This document shows, piece by piece, positions 32,649 to 43,739 of a stretch of 64,000 nucleotides of DNA (position 1 is its first letter; the number at the start of each line of letters is the position of its first letter). The notes beneath the pieces were generated by a model, which was not told the DNA's origin, made no database searches, and worked only from the letters and a program-made list of their open reading frames with translations. Made by a program: the position numbers and the translations under genes. Origin of the DNA: an uncultured Aliarcobacter sp. (GTDB lineage: Bacteria > Campylobacterota > Campylobacteria > Campylobacterales > Arcobacteraceae). The stretch is from NCBI GenBank assembly GCA_963664305.2, contig CAXXLV010000002.1, positions 1,696,001 to 1,760,000 on the forward strand. Direction: 5' to 3'.

Positions 32649-33854
32649 CTAATCTTTAAGTTTTATAGTTATCTCTAACGTTTTATTATTTAATAGTTTT
32701 GAAATTAATAATGACAATTCATCGATATTAGAACTAGAAACATTTAGTGTTTCATTATTGATTTTTTGTATTTCCGTTTTTGTCTCTATTTTTTCATTAC
32801 TAATACTATTATCACTTGTAGTAATATTTAAAGCTTCTAACAAATCTTTTTCATTTAAAGAGTCTAATTCAAAAAATTCATCATCACCCATTTTTTCTCC
32901 TTTTAGAGGCTCTTTTTTCTCTATCTTAATTTCATCTTCATCTTTTTGAGAGAAGTCAAAATCTTCAAACTTTTCTTCTATTTCTTCTTCAATATCGTCT
33001 TCTATAGTATTTTTTTCTTCATCTTTTTTTGAAAAGATTTCATCTAAAAAATTCACATCATCAAATATTTCTTCAACATTATCTTCATTTTCAATATTTT
33101 CTTCATCTAGATTTTCATCAAGAAAATTTGATAAGAAATCTTCATCACTGACAACTTCTCCCTTATCATTTAAAATATCTTCGTCATCATAGTCAAATGA
33201 TATATTATTTAATCCAAAATTATCATTAAAATCAACTAGGTCACTATCTGAATTATTTTTTTCTTCTGTACCAATAAGATTTTCTAATTCATCAAGATTT
33301 ACTCCACCATTCATTGAACCAAATATATCATCTAAATTATCATCGTTATTTATCTCTGGCTCTTTTGTTTCTATATTATTTTCTTGATATTCAAAGCTTT
33401 CTAAAGGTTCTTCTTTAGCCAAAAGCATAGCTAATTCATCATCTAATTCAATTTTTTCTTTGTTTTCTTCTTCTTTAACTTCTACTTTTTCTTCTTTTTC
33501 GACTTCTAATGCCCTATCTTCTTCGTATTTTTTTAATATATATTTTGGGATTTCTTTTAGTGAATTAATTGATAAGTCAGCGATTCCACTATCAAGTAAA
33601 AACTCTTCCTCAATTGCATCTTTAGGAGTTAAAAATTTTATTTTTTTATTTAATGAATTCTTTTTAATAATTTTTTCATCATCAATTAAATATATTTCTT
33701 TAGGGTTATTTGTAATAGTTTCTTTCAATTCTCTTAAAGAATTTATCTCTTTTATATGAGAATTTCCATCAAGTTTAAATTTAATATTTGAATGTTCTAA
33801 TGTTTCTATAATCTCTTTTTTAAAACTTTGATTACCATAAATATAAATATTCAA
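32649..33854 (-). CDS. Highly acidic protein (possible ChePep-like)
   Basis: Globular N-terminus, long D/E-rich middle, short hydrophobic C-terminal motif; first gene of the fliQ operon. Confidence 0.7.
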   Translation of the reverse strand: MNIYIYGNQSFKKEIIETLEHSNIKFKLDGNSHIKEINSLRELKETITNNPKEIYLIDDEKIIKKNSLNKKIKFLTPKDAIEEEFLLDSGIADLSINSLKEIPKYILKKYEEDRALEVEKEEKVEVKEEENKEKIELDDELAMLLAKEEPLESFEYQENNIETKEPEINNDDNLDDIFGSMNGGVNLDELENLIGTEEKNNSDSDLVDFNDNFGLNNISFDYDDEDILNDKGEVVSDEDFLSNFLDENLDEENIENEDNVEEIFDDVNFLDEIFSKKDEEKNTIEDDIEEEIEEKFEDFDFSQKDEDEIKIEKKEPLKGEKMGDDEFFELDSLNEKDLLEALNITTSDNSISNEKIETKTEIQKINNETLNVSSSNIDELSLLISKLLNNKTLEITIKLKD

Positions 33855-33944
33855 TATATAAACCCTACAAAATAATTTTATTATGATTGATTATACCTTT
33901 TTTTATTAAATTTTCGATAAAATAAATCTAACTAATAATGGAGG

Positions 33945-35000
33945 ATGATATTGAAATATTTTTTCATCGTAACACTTTTTTTATCATCTTTGTATTCGCA
34001 AACTATCAAAGATATTTCAAATGTAATAGGAATAAGAGAAAATCAGCTTATTGGTTATGGCTTAATTGTTGGACTTCCAGGTACTGGAGACAAATCAAAA
34101 TTTACTATGCAATCATTACAAAATCTTTTAAGAAATTCTTATATAAAAATTCCAGCCGGGTCTATTAACTCTAAAAATATTGCTGCTGTTATGGTTACAG
34201 CTGATTTACCACCATTTTCTAGACAAGGTGATAAAATAAAAGTTAAAGTATCAACTATTGGAGATGCAAAATCTATCGATAATGGAGAACTTTTAATTAC
34301 TCAATTAAAAGGTGTTGATGGAAATGTTTATGCATTAGCACAAGGTACTATTTTGGCTAATGAAAACAATAAAACAACAGGTTTTATCTATGATGGAGCA
34401 ACTGTTGAGAATGAAATAGATTTTAATCTAAGAGATGAAACTTCTTTACAATTAAGTTTATTAAAAAATTCTGCTAAAAATGCAGATTTAATTGAAACAA
34501 AAATAAATGAAAAATTTGGTAAAAAATTAGCTACTGCACTTGATACAAGAACAATTGAAGTAAAAAAACCTACAGATATTTCAATGGTGAAATTTTTAGC
34601 ACTTGTTCAAAATATTGAGTTAGACTCTACATTTAAAAAGAAACTTATTATTGATGTTAGTAGAGAATCTGTTATAACTGGTGGTGATATTCCAATTGAT
34701 CCAGTTACAATCGTAAGAGATAAATTTACAATTAAAATTGCAAAAACGGATTTAGATAACAATCAATGGAATGACCAAAAAGAGAATCCAGGAGTTAGTG
34801 TTGATAAAAATATTAAAATTGCAGATAAACCTATAATTAATATAGACAATGCAATGATTAATACAAAAGGAACACCAACTATTTCAGATTTAGTTCGTTC
34901 TATGAAAGTAATGAAGCTTCCAATGACAGAAATAATTGACACTATAAAAATGATAAAAGAAATGGGTGCAATTGATGTTGATATTGAGGTAAGAGGATAA
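33945..35000 (+). CDS. flgI: Flagellar P-ring protein
   Basis: IRENQLIGYGLIVGLPGTGD, AAVMVTADLPPF motifs. Confidence 0.96.
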   Translation: MILKYFFIVTLFLSSLYSQTIKDISNVIGIRENQLIGYGLIVGLPGTGDKSKFTMQSLQNLLRNSYIKIPAGSINSKNIAAVMVTADLPPFSRQGDKIKVKVSTIGDAKSIDNGELLITQLKGVDGNVYALAQGTILANENNKTTGFIYDGATVENEIDFNLRDETSLQLSLLKNSAKNADLIETKINEKFGKKLATALDTRTIEVKKPTDISMVKFLALVQNIELDSTFKKKLIIDVSRESVITGGDIPIDPVTIVRDKFTIKIAKTDLDNNQWNDQKENPGVSVDKNIKIADKPIINIDNAMINTKGTPTISDLVRSMKVMKLPMTEIIDTIKMIKEMGAIDVDIEVRG

Positions 35001-35001
35001 T

Positions 35002-36099
35002 ATGGCTGAATTTTTAAGTCAAGATGAAATTGATGCACTTTTAGATATTGCAGAACAAGGGGAAGATATTGATGGTAGTAATCCTCTTGATAAAGTTGTT
35101 TCAAAAGAAAAAAATTACTCAATCTATGACTTTAAAAAACCAAATAGGATTACTGTTGAACAACTAAAAGCATTTTCAACAATGCATGATAAGATGTTGA
35201 GAGATTTTATCAACGATTTATCATCAATGCTTAGAAAACTTGTAGATGTAAAATTATATTCAATTGAACAGATGACTTATGGTGAATTTATTTTATCTAT
35301 TCCTCAAATTACATCTTTAAATACTTTATCTATCAAACCACTTGATGGAAGAATTGTAATTGAGTGTAACCCTGCCATTTCACATAAAATTATTGCTGAT
35401 TTATTAGGTTCTGGAGCTGTAAATACTACAGACAATATTGATAGAGAATTAACAGAGATTGAAGTTGAAATTCTTGAACATTTTTATAAAATGTTTATTA
35501 GAATTTTATATAAAACTTGGAGTGATATTTCAAGTCTTAATTTTAAAATTGAGTCAAGAGATACAAATGCAAATGCAATTCAAATTGTATCTGACCATGA
35601 AATTGTTCTACTTGTTGTTTTAGAAATTACAATTGATGAAGAATCTGGGTTTTTATCTATTTGTTATCCTATCTCATATTTTGAACCATTATTAAATAAA
35701 ATTGTTGAAAAGATTTTTACTGAAGGAAAAAATAGAAAAACAAGTAGAAAAAGAGATATTAAAACCTTGATTTCTGGTGCTAGAATGAGAATAGAATCAA
35801 TTATGGCAGAAACAGAACTTACAACACAAGAAATTTTAAATTTAAAAGAAGACGATGTTATCGTATTTAATAAAAATGCTACATCATCATCAGCTACAAT
35901 TTATATTAATAAAAAAGAAAAATTCTCTGCAGTATCAGGAATATCAAATAATAGAAAAGCTATTCAAATAAAAGCTAATTTAGATAGAGAAAAACAAGAA
36001 ACTTTAGATACATTAAGAGCAATGAGAGAAGAAAGAGAAATAAAAGCAAAAGAGACTGCTGAAAATATTAGAAAACTTTTAAACCAAAGAAATAGTTAA
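35002..36099 (+). CDS. fliM: Flagellar motor switch protein FliM
   Basis: LSQDEIDALL CheY-binding peptide, YDFKKP, EQMTYGEF motifs. Confidence 0.97.
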   Translation: MAEFLSQDEIDALLDIAEQGEDIDGSNPLDKVVSKEKNYSIYDFKKPNRITVEQLKAFSTMHDKMLRDFINDLSSMLRKLVDVKLYSIEQMTYGEFILSIPQITSLNTLSIKPLDGRIVIECNPAISHKIIADLLGSGAVNTTDNIDRELTEIEVEILEHFYKMFIRILYKTWSDISSLNFKIESRDTNANAIQIVSDHEIVLLVVLEITIDEESGFLSICYPISYFEPLLNKIVEKIFTEGKNRKTSRKRDIKTLISGARMRIESIMAETELTTQEILNLKEDDVIVFNKNATSSSATIYINKKEKFSAVSGISNNRKAIQIKANLDREKQETLDTLRAMREEREIKAKETAENIRKLLNQRNS

Positions 36100-36118
36100 T
36101 TTATAACTATTTCCTTTT

Positions 36119-37146
36119 TTAATTGATACTTTCAATACTCCATGAAATTGTTTCTCCTGCATACATAGGAACTACATTTTCATTTTTATATTCATAAATT
36201 GCTGGAACTACAAAATCTTTTTTAACTAGCTTAATAGTTTTTTTCTCTAAAGATAAATTATAGATTCTTTTTGCGTTTAATGATACAAAAGCATTTAATT
36301 TATCAAGTGCATTGTGTTTTTCAAAAAGTTCTGTTAAGACTTGTAAAGCAATTGGTGAAGTAAATACACCTGCTGCACAACCACAACACTCTTTTTTATG
36401 TTTTGGATGAGGTGCAGAATCGCTTCCAAACATAAGTTTTGGATGAGCTTTTAATGCTGCATTTAATAATGCACTTCTATCTTCAGGTCTTTTTGCAATT
36501 GGTTTACAGAATAGATGAGGATTTAACATTCCTCCTGCAACATCATCAAGTGTAATTATTAAATGATGAAGAGTAACTGTTGCAAATAGATTGTCGTATT
36601 TATCCAATAATTCAATAGCATCTTTTGTTGTAATATGTTCCATAATGATTTTTAAATCAGGAAATGCTTTTGCAATTGATTCATAAATTGGCATAAATTC
36701 TTTTTCTCTATCCATTACAAATCCATTTGTTTCACCATGAATACATAATGGAATACCTAACTTACTCATAGATTCTAAAGTTGGTCTTAAAACTTCAACA
36801 TCCATTGAAGCAACACCTGTTTCTGAATTAGTAGTAATTCCAGCAGGATAAAGTTTAATTCCAATAATATCATTTTTTACATCTGATAAAAATTCATATG
36901 AATAATCATTTTTAAAAAATAATGTTACAAAAGGCTCAAATTTATCATCTTTACAAGCTTCTTTAATTCTATCTTTATAAGCTAATAATGCCTCTTTTGT
37001 AGTAACTGGTGGTACTAAATTTGGCATAATTAATGCACCACTAAATGTTTTAGAAGTTAATGGACCTACTAGTTTTAACATATCTGCATCTCTTAAATGC
37101 AAATGCATATCTAATGGTTCATTAATTTCAAATGTCAATTCAGCCA

Positions 37147-37147
<1 letters not shown>
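36119..37147 (-). CDS. pyrC: Dihydroorotase (homodimeric type)
   Basis: [31 protein letters not shown] motifs. Confidence 0.97.
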
Positions 37148-37503
<356 letters not shown>

Positions 37504-37532
37504 TTAATATATTTTAACAAAAATTTATTAAA

Positions 37533-37567
37533 TTAATATTATCTAGCAAATTGTTAGATAATATTAA
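37533..37567 (-). terminator. Stem-loop after the downstream amtB
   Basis: TTAATATTATCTAGCAA-A-TTGTTAGATAATATTAA near-perfect inverted repeat. Confidence 0.65.
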
Positions 37568-37572
37568 CTATT

Positions 37573-38760
37573 TTAAAATGCACGTTTAAATTCTGGATAA
37601 GCTTCAATTCCACACTCATCAACATCTAATCCTTGCATCTCTTCATCATTACCTGCTCTTAAAGGTATAATTTTATTAATAATAAATAAAACTATATATG
37701 AACTCACAAATGCAAATATTGCTACTATTGCTATTCCTTTTAATTGACCTAGTAATGTTATATCATCTCCATTTGATGCAAAAATTCCAACAGCAATTGT
37801 TCCCCAAATTCCATTTACAAGGTGAACAGACAATGCTCCAACTGGATCATCAATTCTTAATTTATCAAATGTTGAAACTCCAATTACAACTAATACTCCA
37901 CCTATTGCACCTATTAAAATTGGTGTATAAATATCATAAAGGTCTGGACCAGCTGTTATTGCAACTAAACCACCTAATGCTCCATTTAAAATCATAGTTA
38001 AATCTAGTTTTTTATACATTATTTGCATAATTATTGCAACAATAATTGCTCCACTTAAACCAGCTGTATTTGTATTCATTATTGTAAGTGCAACTAAATC
38101 TGCATTTTCTTTTGATGCAATAGAACCTACACTTCCACCATTAAATCCAAACCAACCAATCCATAATAAAAATGCACCTAAAGTAACTAAAGGAATATTT
38201 GAAGCAGGAATAACTCTGATTCCACCTTCAGGAGTATATCTTCCACGTCTAGCACCAATAATTAATATTGCAGCTAATAGTGCCCATCCACCAGTACTAT
38301 GAATTACAGTTGAACCAGCTAAGTCATACATAGATAATTCTAAAATTGTTCCTTCTAGAAAATTTGCTCCCCAAGTAACATTTACAACTAATGGATATAA
38401 AACAGCAGCCATTACAATTGTAAATATAGCTAATGGTACTACTTTTGCTCTTTCACTTACTCCACCACTCATAATGTTTATAACTTTACCAACAAATGCC
38501 ATTTGGAATAAAAAAGCAGCATATTTACTCATTGTATCACTTCCTAATTCACCAAATGCAAGTGAATAACCAAACAATAAAAAAGATAGTGATGCGATTG
38601 CATAAATAAGTGTATTTATAGTTAATACTGCTGTAACATTTTTTGTTCGAACAATTCCTGCTTCTAACATTGCAAAACCAGGTACCATGAAAATGATTAA
38701 TGTCATTGCAAAGATTGCATACAGAGTATCAATAACGTAAGATAATGATTCTATACCCAT
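37573..38760 (-). CDS. amtB: Ammonium transporter (divergent paralog)
   Basis: DLAGSTVIH, WFGFNGGS, DDPVGALSVH motifs. Confidence 0.93.
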   Translation of the reverse strand: MGIESLSYVIDTLYAIFAMTLIIFMVPGFAMLEAGIVRTKNVTAVLTINTLIYAIASLSFLLFGYSLAFGELGSDTMSKYAAFLFQMAFVGKVINIMSGGVSERAKVVPLAIFTIVMAAVLYPLVVNVTWGANFLEGTILELSMYDLAGSTVIHSTGGWALLAAILIIGARRGRYTPEGGIRVIPASNIPLVTLGAFLLWIGWFGFNGGSVGSIASKENADLVALTIMNTNTAGLSGAIIVAIIMQIMYKKLDLTMILNGALGGLVAITAGPDLYDIYTPILIGAIGGVLVVIGVSTFDKLRIDDPVGALSVHLVNGIWGTIAVGIFASNGDDITLLGQLKGIAIVAIFAFVSSYIVLFIINKIIPLRAGNDEEMQGLDVDECGIEAYPEFKRAF

Positions 38761-38784
38761 AATATTCCTTCTTGTTTTTCGAAT

Positions 38785-38838
38785 ATTATAACAGTATATT
38801 TTTTATAATTAGAGTTTAAATTGTTTAAATTTTATACA
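38785..38838 (-). promoter_or_regulatory. sigma70 promoter (TGnTATAAT) with upstream 17-bp palindromic site TGTTTAAATTTTATACA
   Basis: -10 at 38785-38790; site at 38822-38838; 31-bp gap. Confidence 0.7.
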
Positions 38839-38839
38839 A

Positions 38840-38870
38840 TATAGTAAGGAAAGGTTATTTCCTTACTATA
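38840..38870 (-). terminator. Stem-loop after glnK
   Basis: TATAGTAAGGAAA-N5-TTTCCTTACTATA perfect 13-bp stem. Confidence 0.7.
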
Positions 38871-38880
38871 AGTAGAAAAA

Positions 38881-39222
<342 letters not shown>

Positions 39223-39232
39223 TTATCCTTAA

Positions 39233-40447
39233 TTATGCTCTTTTAAATTCTGGATAAGCTTCTAATCCAGTTTCATGAATGTCAAGACCATTTACTTCAG
39301 TTTCTTCATCAACTCTTAATCCAATAATTAGGTCTAAGATTTTCCATACAATGAACGATGAGATGAATACAAACGCACCAATAACAACTATACCTTTAAC
39401 TTGTGCTAATAAAGCAACTTCTGGATTGAAAATACCAACCGCTAATGTTCCCCAAATACCTGCAACTAAGTGAACAGATAATGCTCCAACTGGATCATCA
39501 ATTCTAATTTTATCAAAGAATGGTACTGCAAATACAACTAATGCTCCACCAATTAAACCTTCAATAAACGCAATGTTCATACCTAAATCAGGACCTGCTG
39601 TACAAGAAACAAGACCAGCTAATGCACCATTTAAAACCATAGTTAAATCAACTTTTTTATAGATAAGTTGAGTTAAAATAGCAGCCATAATAGCACCTGC
39701 ACAAGCAGCCATATTTGTACTTGCAACTACTGAAGCAATTCCATCAATATCTTCTTTTGAACCTAATGCTAATTGAGAACCACCATTAAATCCGAACCAT
39801 CCCATCCATAAAATAAATGTACCTAAAGTAGCTAATGGTAAATTAGAACCAGGCATTGGTTTTACTTGACCATCTTTAGTATATTTACCTTTTCTAGCAC
39901 CTAGAATTAATACACCAGCTAAAGCAGCCCATCCACCAACAGAGTGAACAATTGTTGAACCAGCAAAGTCAGAGAATCCAGCGATTAAACCACCTAATTC
40001 TGTTCCTCCCCATGTCCAGTGACCTTGAATTGGGTAAATTAAACCAGATAATACTACTGTAAATATTAAGAAAGGCCATAATTTCATTCTTTCAGCAATT
40101 GTTCCTGAAACAACTGATGCAGCTGTTGCAACAAACACTACTTGGAAGAAGAAATCCGCCATTACTGGATATCCTAATGCTTCACTTGTTTTACCAGAAA
40201 GCATTGCACCACTTCCAATGAATGCACTTCCTTCACCATACATGAAGTTGTATCCTACAAAGTAGAACATAATACAAGAAATTGCAAATAACACAACATT
40301 TTTAGTTAAAACTGTTGCAGTATTTTTTGTTCTTGTTAATCCTGATTCTAACATTGCAAAACCAGCTGCCATCCACATTACAAGGATTCCTGCGAACACA
40401 AACAGAAAACCATCTAAAATATATTTTACATCAGTAAAATTTTCCAT
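39233..40447 (-). CDS. amtB: Ammonium transporter
   Basis: FQVVFVATAASVVSG, DFAGSTIVH, WFGFNGGS, DDPVGALSVH motifs. Confidence 0.96.
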   Translation of the reverse strand: MENFTDVKYILDGFLFVFAGILVMWMAAGFAMLESGLTRTKNTATVLTKNVVLFAISCIMFYFVGYNFMYGEGSAFIGSGAMLSGKTSEALGYPVMADFFFQVVFVATAASVVSGTIAERMKLWPFLIFTVVLSGLIYPIQGHWTWGGTELGGLIAGFSDFAGSTIVHSVGGWAALAGVLILGARKGKYTKDGQVKPMPGSNLPLATLGTFILWMGWFGFNGGSQLALGSKEDIDGIASVVASTNMAACAGAIMAAILTQLIYKKVDLTMVLNGALAGLVSCTAGPDLGMNIAFIEGLIGGALVVFAVPFFDKIRIDDPVGALSVHLVAGIWGTLAVGIFNPEVALLAQVKGIVVIGAFVFISSFIVWKILDLIIGLRVDEETEVNGLDIHETGLEAYPEFKRA

Positions 40448-40476
40448 AAGACTCCTTTGTCAATTTATCTAATCAA

Positions 40477-40530
40477 ATTATAGGAATTTTTAAACAATAT
40501 GTAAACATATAGTTGTATAAATTTTATACA
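40477..40530 (-). promoter_or_regulatory. sigma70 promoter (TATAAT) with perfect palindrome TGTATAAA-T-TTTATACA
   Basis: -10 at 40477-40482; site at 40514-40530; 31-bp gap. Confidence 0.72.
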
Positions 40531-40618
40531 TTATGCTTGTTTTTTATTTTTATACTTTACTAATTGAAAAATTTAAATTTTTTATTATATAATATCTATA
40601 AATTAAAATTGCGAAAAA

Positions 40619-42556
40619 ATGGGAAAAATAATGTTCAGCAAACTTCTTAAGAAGACCAAAATTACCGAAGATGAATTTATAAAAGAGCTATTAAGTTCAT
40701 CTTTTAATTTAGAAAAAATAACGGAAATATATAATGAATTAAATATTGATTTAAATTCATATTATTATAAAGATGAACATATTTTACATTATTGCTGTAA
40801 AAAAGAATTATATCAATCAGTTCAATGGCTACTTGAAAAAGGAGTAAGCCCTGAAATTGAGAACGAACAAAAAGAGACCGCAATTTTTTATTCTATTCAT
40901 TCGAAAAGTAGTGCAATTATTCAACTATTAGTAGAATATAAAGCTGATATTAATCACTTAAATATGTATAGAAGAACTGCTTTACAAGACGCTGTAATAA
41001 GTGCAAATAATAGAATTGTAAACTATTTAATTGAAGTTACAAAGAATTTAGGTAATTGTGATATTCATGGGAATAATCTAATTTTTGATGCAATTGCAAA
41101 TGGAAATCTTGAAATTATAAAAAGAGTCGCTTCGTTACAAGAAGTTAATATAAATCAAGTAAATGAAGAGGGAAGTACAATTTTACATAAAGAAATTGTA
41201 TTAAAAAATAATAGCTTAGCTCTTTTATTAATGGATTTAGGAGCAGATCCTACAATATTAGATAAAAATGGTAAAAATTTTCTTTTCTATGCAATTACAA
41301 AAGGGATTGAAAATATTAGTATTCTTGAAAAAGCTGTTAGCCTTGGATGTAATATAAACAGTAAAAGTTCACAAAATACAACTTTATTAATGGAATCTAT
41401 TAACTATTTTTTAGATACTCCAAAAGAAAATGTTGAACAAAGAAATAGTCATTTTGAAATGATAAAAGAACTAATAAATCTTGGTATAAATGTTGAAGCA
41501 GTAGATAATAAAAGTGAAAATGCTTTATTTTATGCAACAAAAAGTGAAGATAGAGATTTAATAAATATATTTTTAGAAATACCTAGCTTACATCTTGACC
41601 ATGAAAATATCAATGGAGAAACTGTCTTATTGATTTTAGTTTTAAATGGTATTAGAAATGGTGATTTAATTAAACTTTATTTAGAAAAAGGTGCAAATCC
41701 AACATTAGTAAACAAATTTGGAAAATCAATTATTGAAATTCTAATTGATATTATTTTACATATTCAAAATAGAAAAGATTTAGATTTTGAATATAAAATA
41801 TTATTAAATGAAGATGCAGAATATCCTACAGTTTTAGAAAATCTTTTAAGAAATTGTAAAATAGACTTAAATCAACTAAACTCAATGGGTGAACCTATGT
41901 TCTTCCAATCAATTTTACATTTTAATTTCAAATTATTTAAAATTCTTAGAGTAAAAAACATCAATCTTAATCAAAAAGATAAAGATGGAAACAATATCAT
42001 TTTTAAATTGATGGAATATAATTATCAAGGAAGAATAAAAGATAAAAAACTATATTTAAACACATTAAAAAGTCTTATAAACTCTGGTGTTGATATAAAT
42101 GCAAAAAATAATGAAGGTTTAACTGCATTACATGTAGCTGTTACAGAAAAATGTGAATATACTATTAGATTATTATTAGAATTAAGAGCTGATTGTTATA
42201 TAACTGATACAAAAGGTCGAAGTATTATTCACAATTGTATTTGGAAAAACACAACTAAATATTTTAAATTGATTCATAACTATAATAAGGAAATAGTAAA
42301 TATTCCTGATATGTTTGGAGTTAGACCTATAAATTATGCAGCTTTTATGGGTAAAAAAGATTTAGTTATTGAAATGCTTGATGAAGGTGCTTTAGTAAAT
42401 AATCCTATGAAAAAAGACCCTAAAATACTTAAATTTTTAGAAAAATATCATGCTAATATAATAAATCTTACAAAAGGTGTTGAAAAAGAAGTTGATAAAG
42501 CTAATCTAAAACTTCTTGCAGACAATATGATTAAAGAGTTTGGCATTAAAATATAG
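40619..42556 (+). CDS. Ankyrin repeat protein
   Basis: Many G-x-T-x-L-H-like and GADIN-like repeats, e.g. GVDINAKNNEGLTALHVA. Confidence 0.92.
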   Translation: MGKIMFSKLLKKTKITEDEFIKELLSSSFNLEKITEIYNELNIDLNSYYYKDEHILHYCCKKELYQSVQWLLEKGVSPEIENEQKETAIFYSIHSKSSAIIQLLVEYKADINHLNMYRRTALQDAVISANNRIVNYLIEVTKNLGNCDIHGNNLIFDAIANGNLEIIKRVASLQEVNINQVNEEGSTILHKEIVLKNNSLALLLMDLGADPTILDKNGKNFLFYAITKGIENISILEKAVSLGCNINSKSSQNTTLLMESINYFLDTPKENVEQRNSHFEMIKELINLGINVEAVDNKSENALFYATKSEDRDLINIFLEIPSLHLDHENINGETVLLILVLNGIRNGDLIKLYLEKGANPTLVNKFGKSIIEILIDIILHIQNRKDLDFEYKILLNEDAEYPTVLENLLRNCKIDLNQLNSMGEPMFFQSILHFNFKLFKILRVKNINLNQKDKDGNNIIFKLMEYNYQGRIKDKKLYLNTLKSLINSGVDINAKNNEGLTALHVAVTEKCEYTIRLLLELRADCYITDTKGRSIIHNCIWKNTTKYFKLIHNYNKEIVNIPDMFGVRPINYAAFMGKKDLVIEMLDEGALVNNPMKKDPKILKFLEKYHANIINLTKGVEKEVDKANLKLLADNMIKEFGIKI

Positions 42557-42650
42557 AGTTGTAACTGATTAGTTAATAAACAATCAATTCTCTTTCATAA
42601 GGTAAATTTTTTATATAATTACATAAAAAATATACAATTAGGAATATATT

Positions 42651-43538
42651 ATGAAAGAATTTTTTGAAACCTATATACAACACCAAGAAGATATTGAATA
42701 TTTTTTACAAGAGAGTTTAAAAAATATTGGGAGTTTATCATCTCATAAAAAAAATGATTTTAAACAACTTTATAAAATATTCCCTTCTTTAGAATTAGTT
42801 TATATCATCAATAAAGATACAAAAATCCAAACATCAAACAATTTTTATAGATACAAGATTGATGAAAATGCGAAAAATAAAGATAGATCACACTTAATTT
42901 CAAAACTACACTTTAAAGAATCAAATATGGCTTTTTCAAAACCATATATAAGTAGTGCAACAAGAAGTACATGTGTAACTGTTACAATAAAAGAAGGAGA
43001 AGAAATCTTTTTTCTAGATTTTCAGATTGATGTTTTATTACAAAAATTAAATTTAATTGAACTAAATAAACCATTTCATAGTGTAACAAAAAGCTTTTAC
43101 ATTTTAGCTGGTTTTTCAATGATGATTTTAGCACTAGCTACTATAATCTTCTCATTATATGATTTTGTTATTTACATCTTTTCTAAACATGATATCGTTT
43201 TAGAAATGATATTTAAACCAATAATTGCATTAACACTTAGTATTGCTATATTTGACTTGGCAAAAACCATTTTGGAACAAGAAGTATTTTTTAAATCATA
43301 TTCAAAAAATTCAAAAGTCGAAACAAAACTTTTAACAAAATTTTTGACAACAATTATTATTGCATTATCTATTGAAGCATTGATTGTTGTATTTAAAATT
43401 GCAATTAATGACTACGACCAAATGATTAACGCATTTTATCTAATCGCTGGAATTGCTTTAATTTTAATTTCATTAACAGTATTTATCTATTTTTCATCAA
43501 AAAGATATAAACAAACTACTGATTCTCAAAATTTATAA
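42651..43538 (+). CDS. PDC/Cache-like domain membrane protein, PglG-like
   Basis: N-terminal domain with SKPYISSAT; C-terminal TM block LTLSIAIFDLAKTILEQEV..IIALSIEAL. Confidence 0.7.
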   Translation: MKEFFETYIQHQEDIEYFLQESLKNIGSLSSHKKNDFKQLYKIFPSLELVYIINKDTKIQTSNNFYRYKIDENAKNKDRSHLISKLHFKESNMAFSKPYISSATRSTCVTVTIKEGEEIFFLDFQIDVLLQKLNLIELNKPFHSVTKSFYILAGFSMMILALATIIFSLYDFVIYIFSKHDIVLEMIFKPIIALTLSIAIFDLAKTILEQEVFFKSYSKNSKVETKLLTKFLTTIIIALSIEALIVVFKIAINDYDQMINAFYLIAGIALILISLTVFIYFSSKRYKQTTDSQNL

Positions 43539-43548
43539 TTCTCATTTT

Positions 43549-43585
43549 TAGCAATGGCTTTTGAATAAAACCATTGCTACTTTTA
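43549..43585 (+). terminator. Intrinsic terminator
   Basis: TAGCAATGG...CCATTGCTA stem followed by CTTTT. Confidence 0.7.
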
Positions 43586-43630
43586 GCTTTATTAAATCTT
43601 TAAAATTACAATTTCATTAATTATTACAAT

Positions 43631-43683
43631 TGTTTATTTTTTATACATTTTTTTAGTTTTTTTTCATTTTTATACAGTATAAT
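43631..43683 (+). promoter_or_regulatory. sigma70 promoter (TATAAT) with upstream site TGTTTATTTTTTATACA and a second half-site
   Basis: Site at 43631-43647; -10 at 43678-43683; 30-bp gap; extra TTTATACA ending at 43676. Confidence 0.68.
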
Positions 43684-43739
43684 ATTTTAATAACGGATTT
43701 TCTATTCAAAATTTTCAGATTCAGTAGAGGTAATATAGT

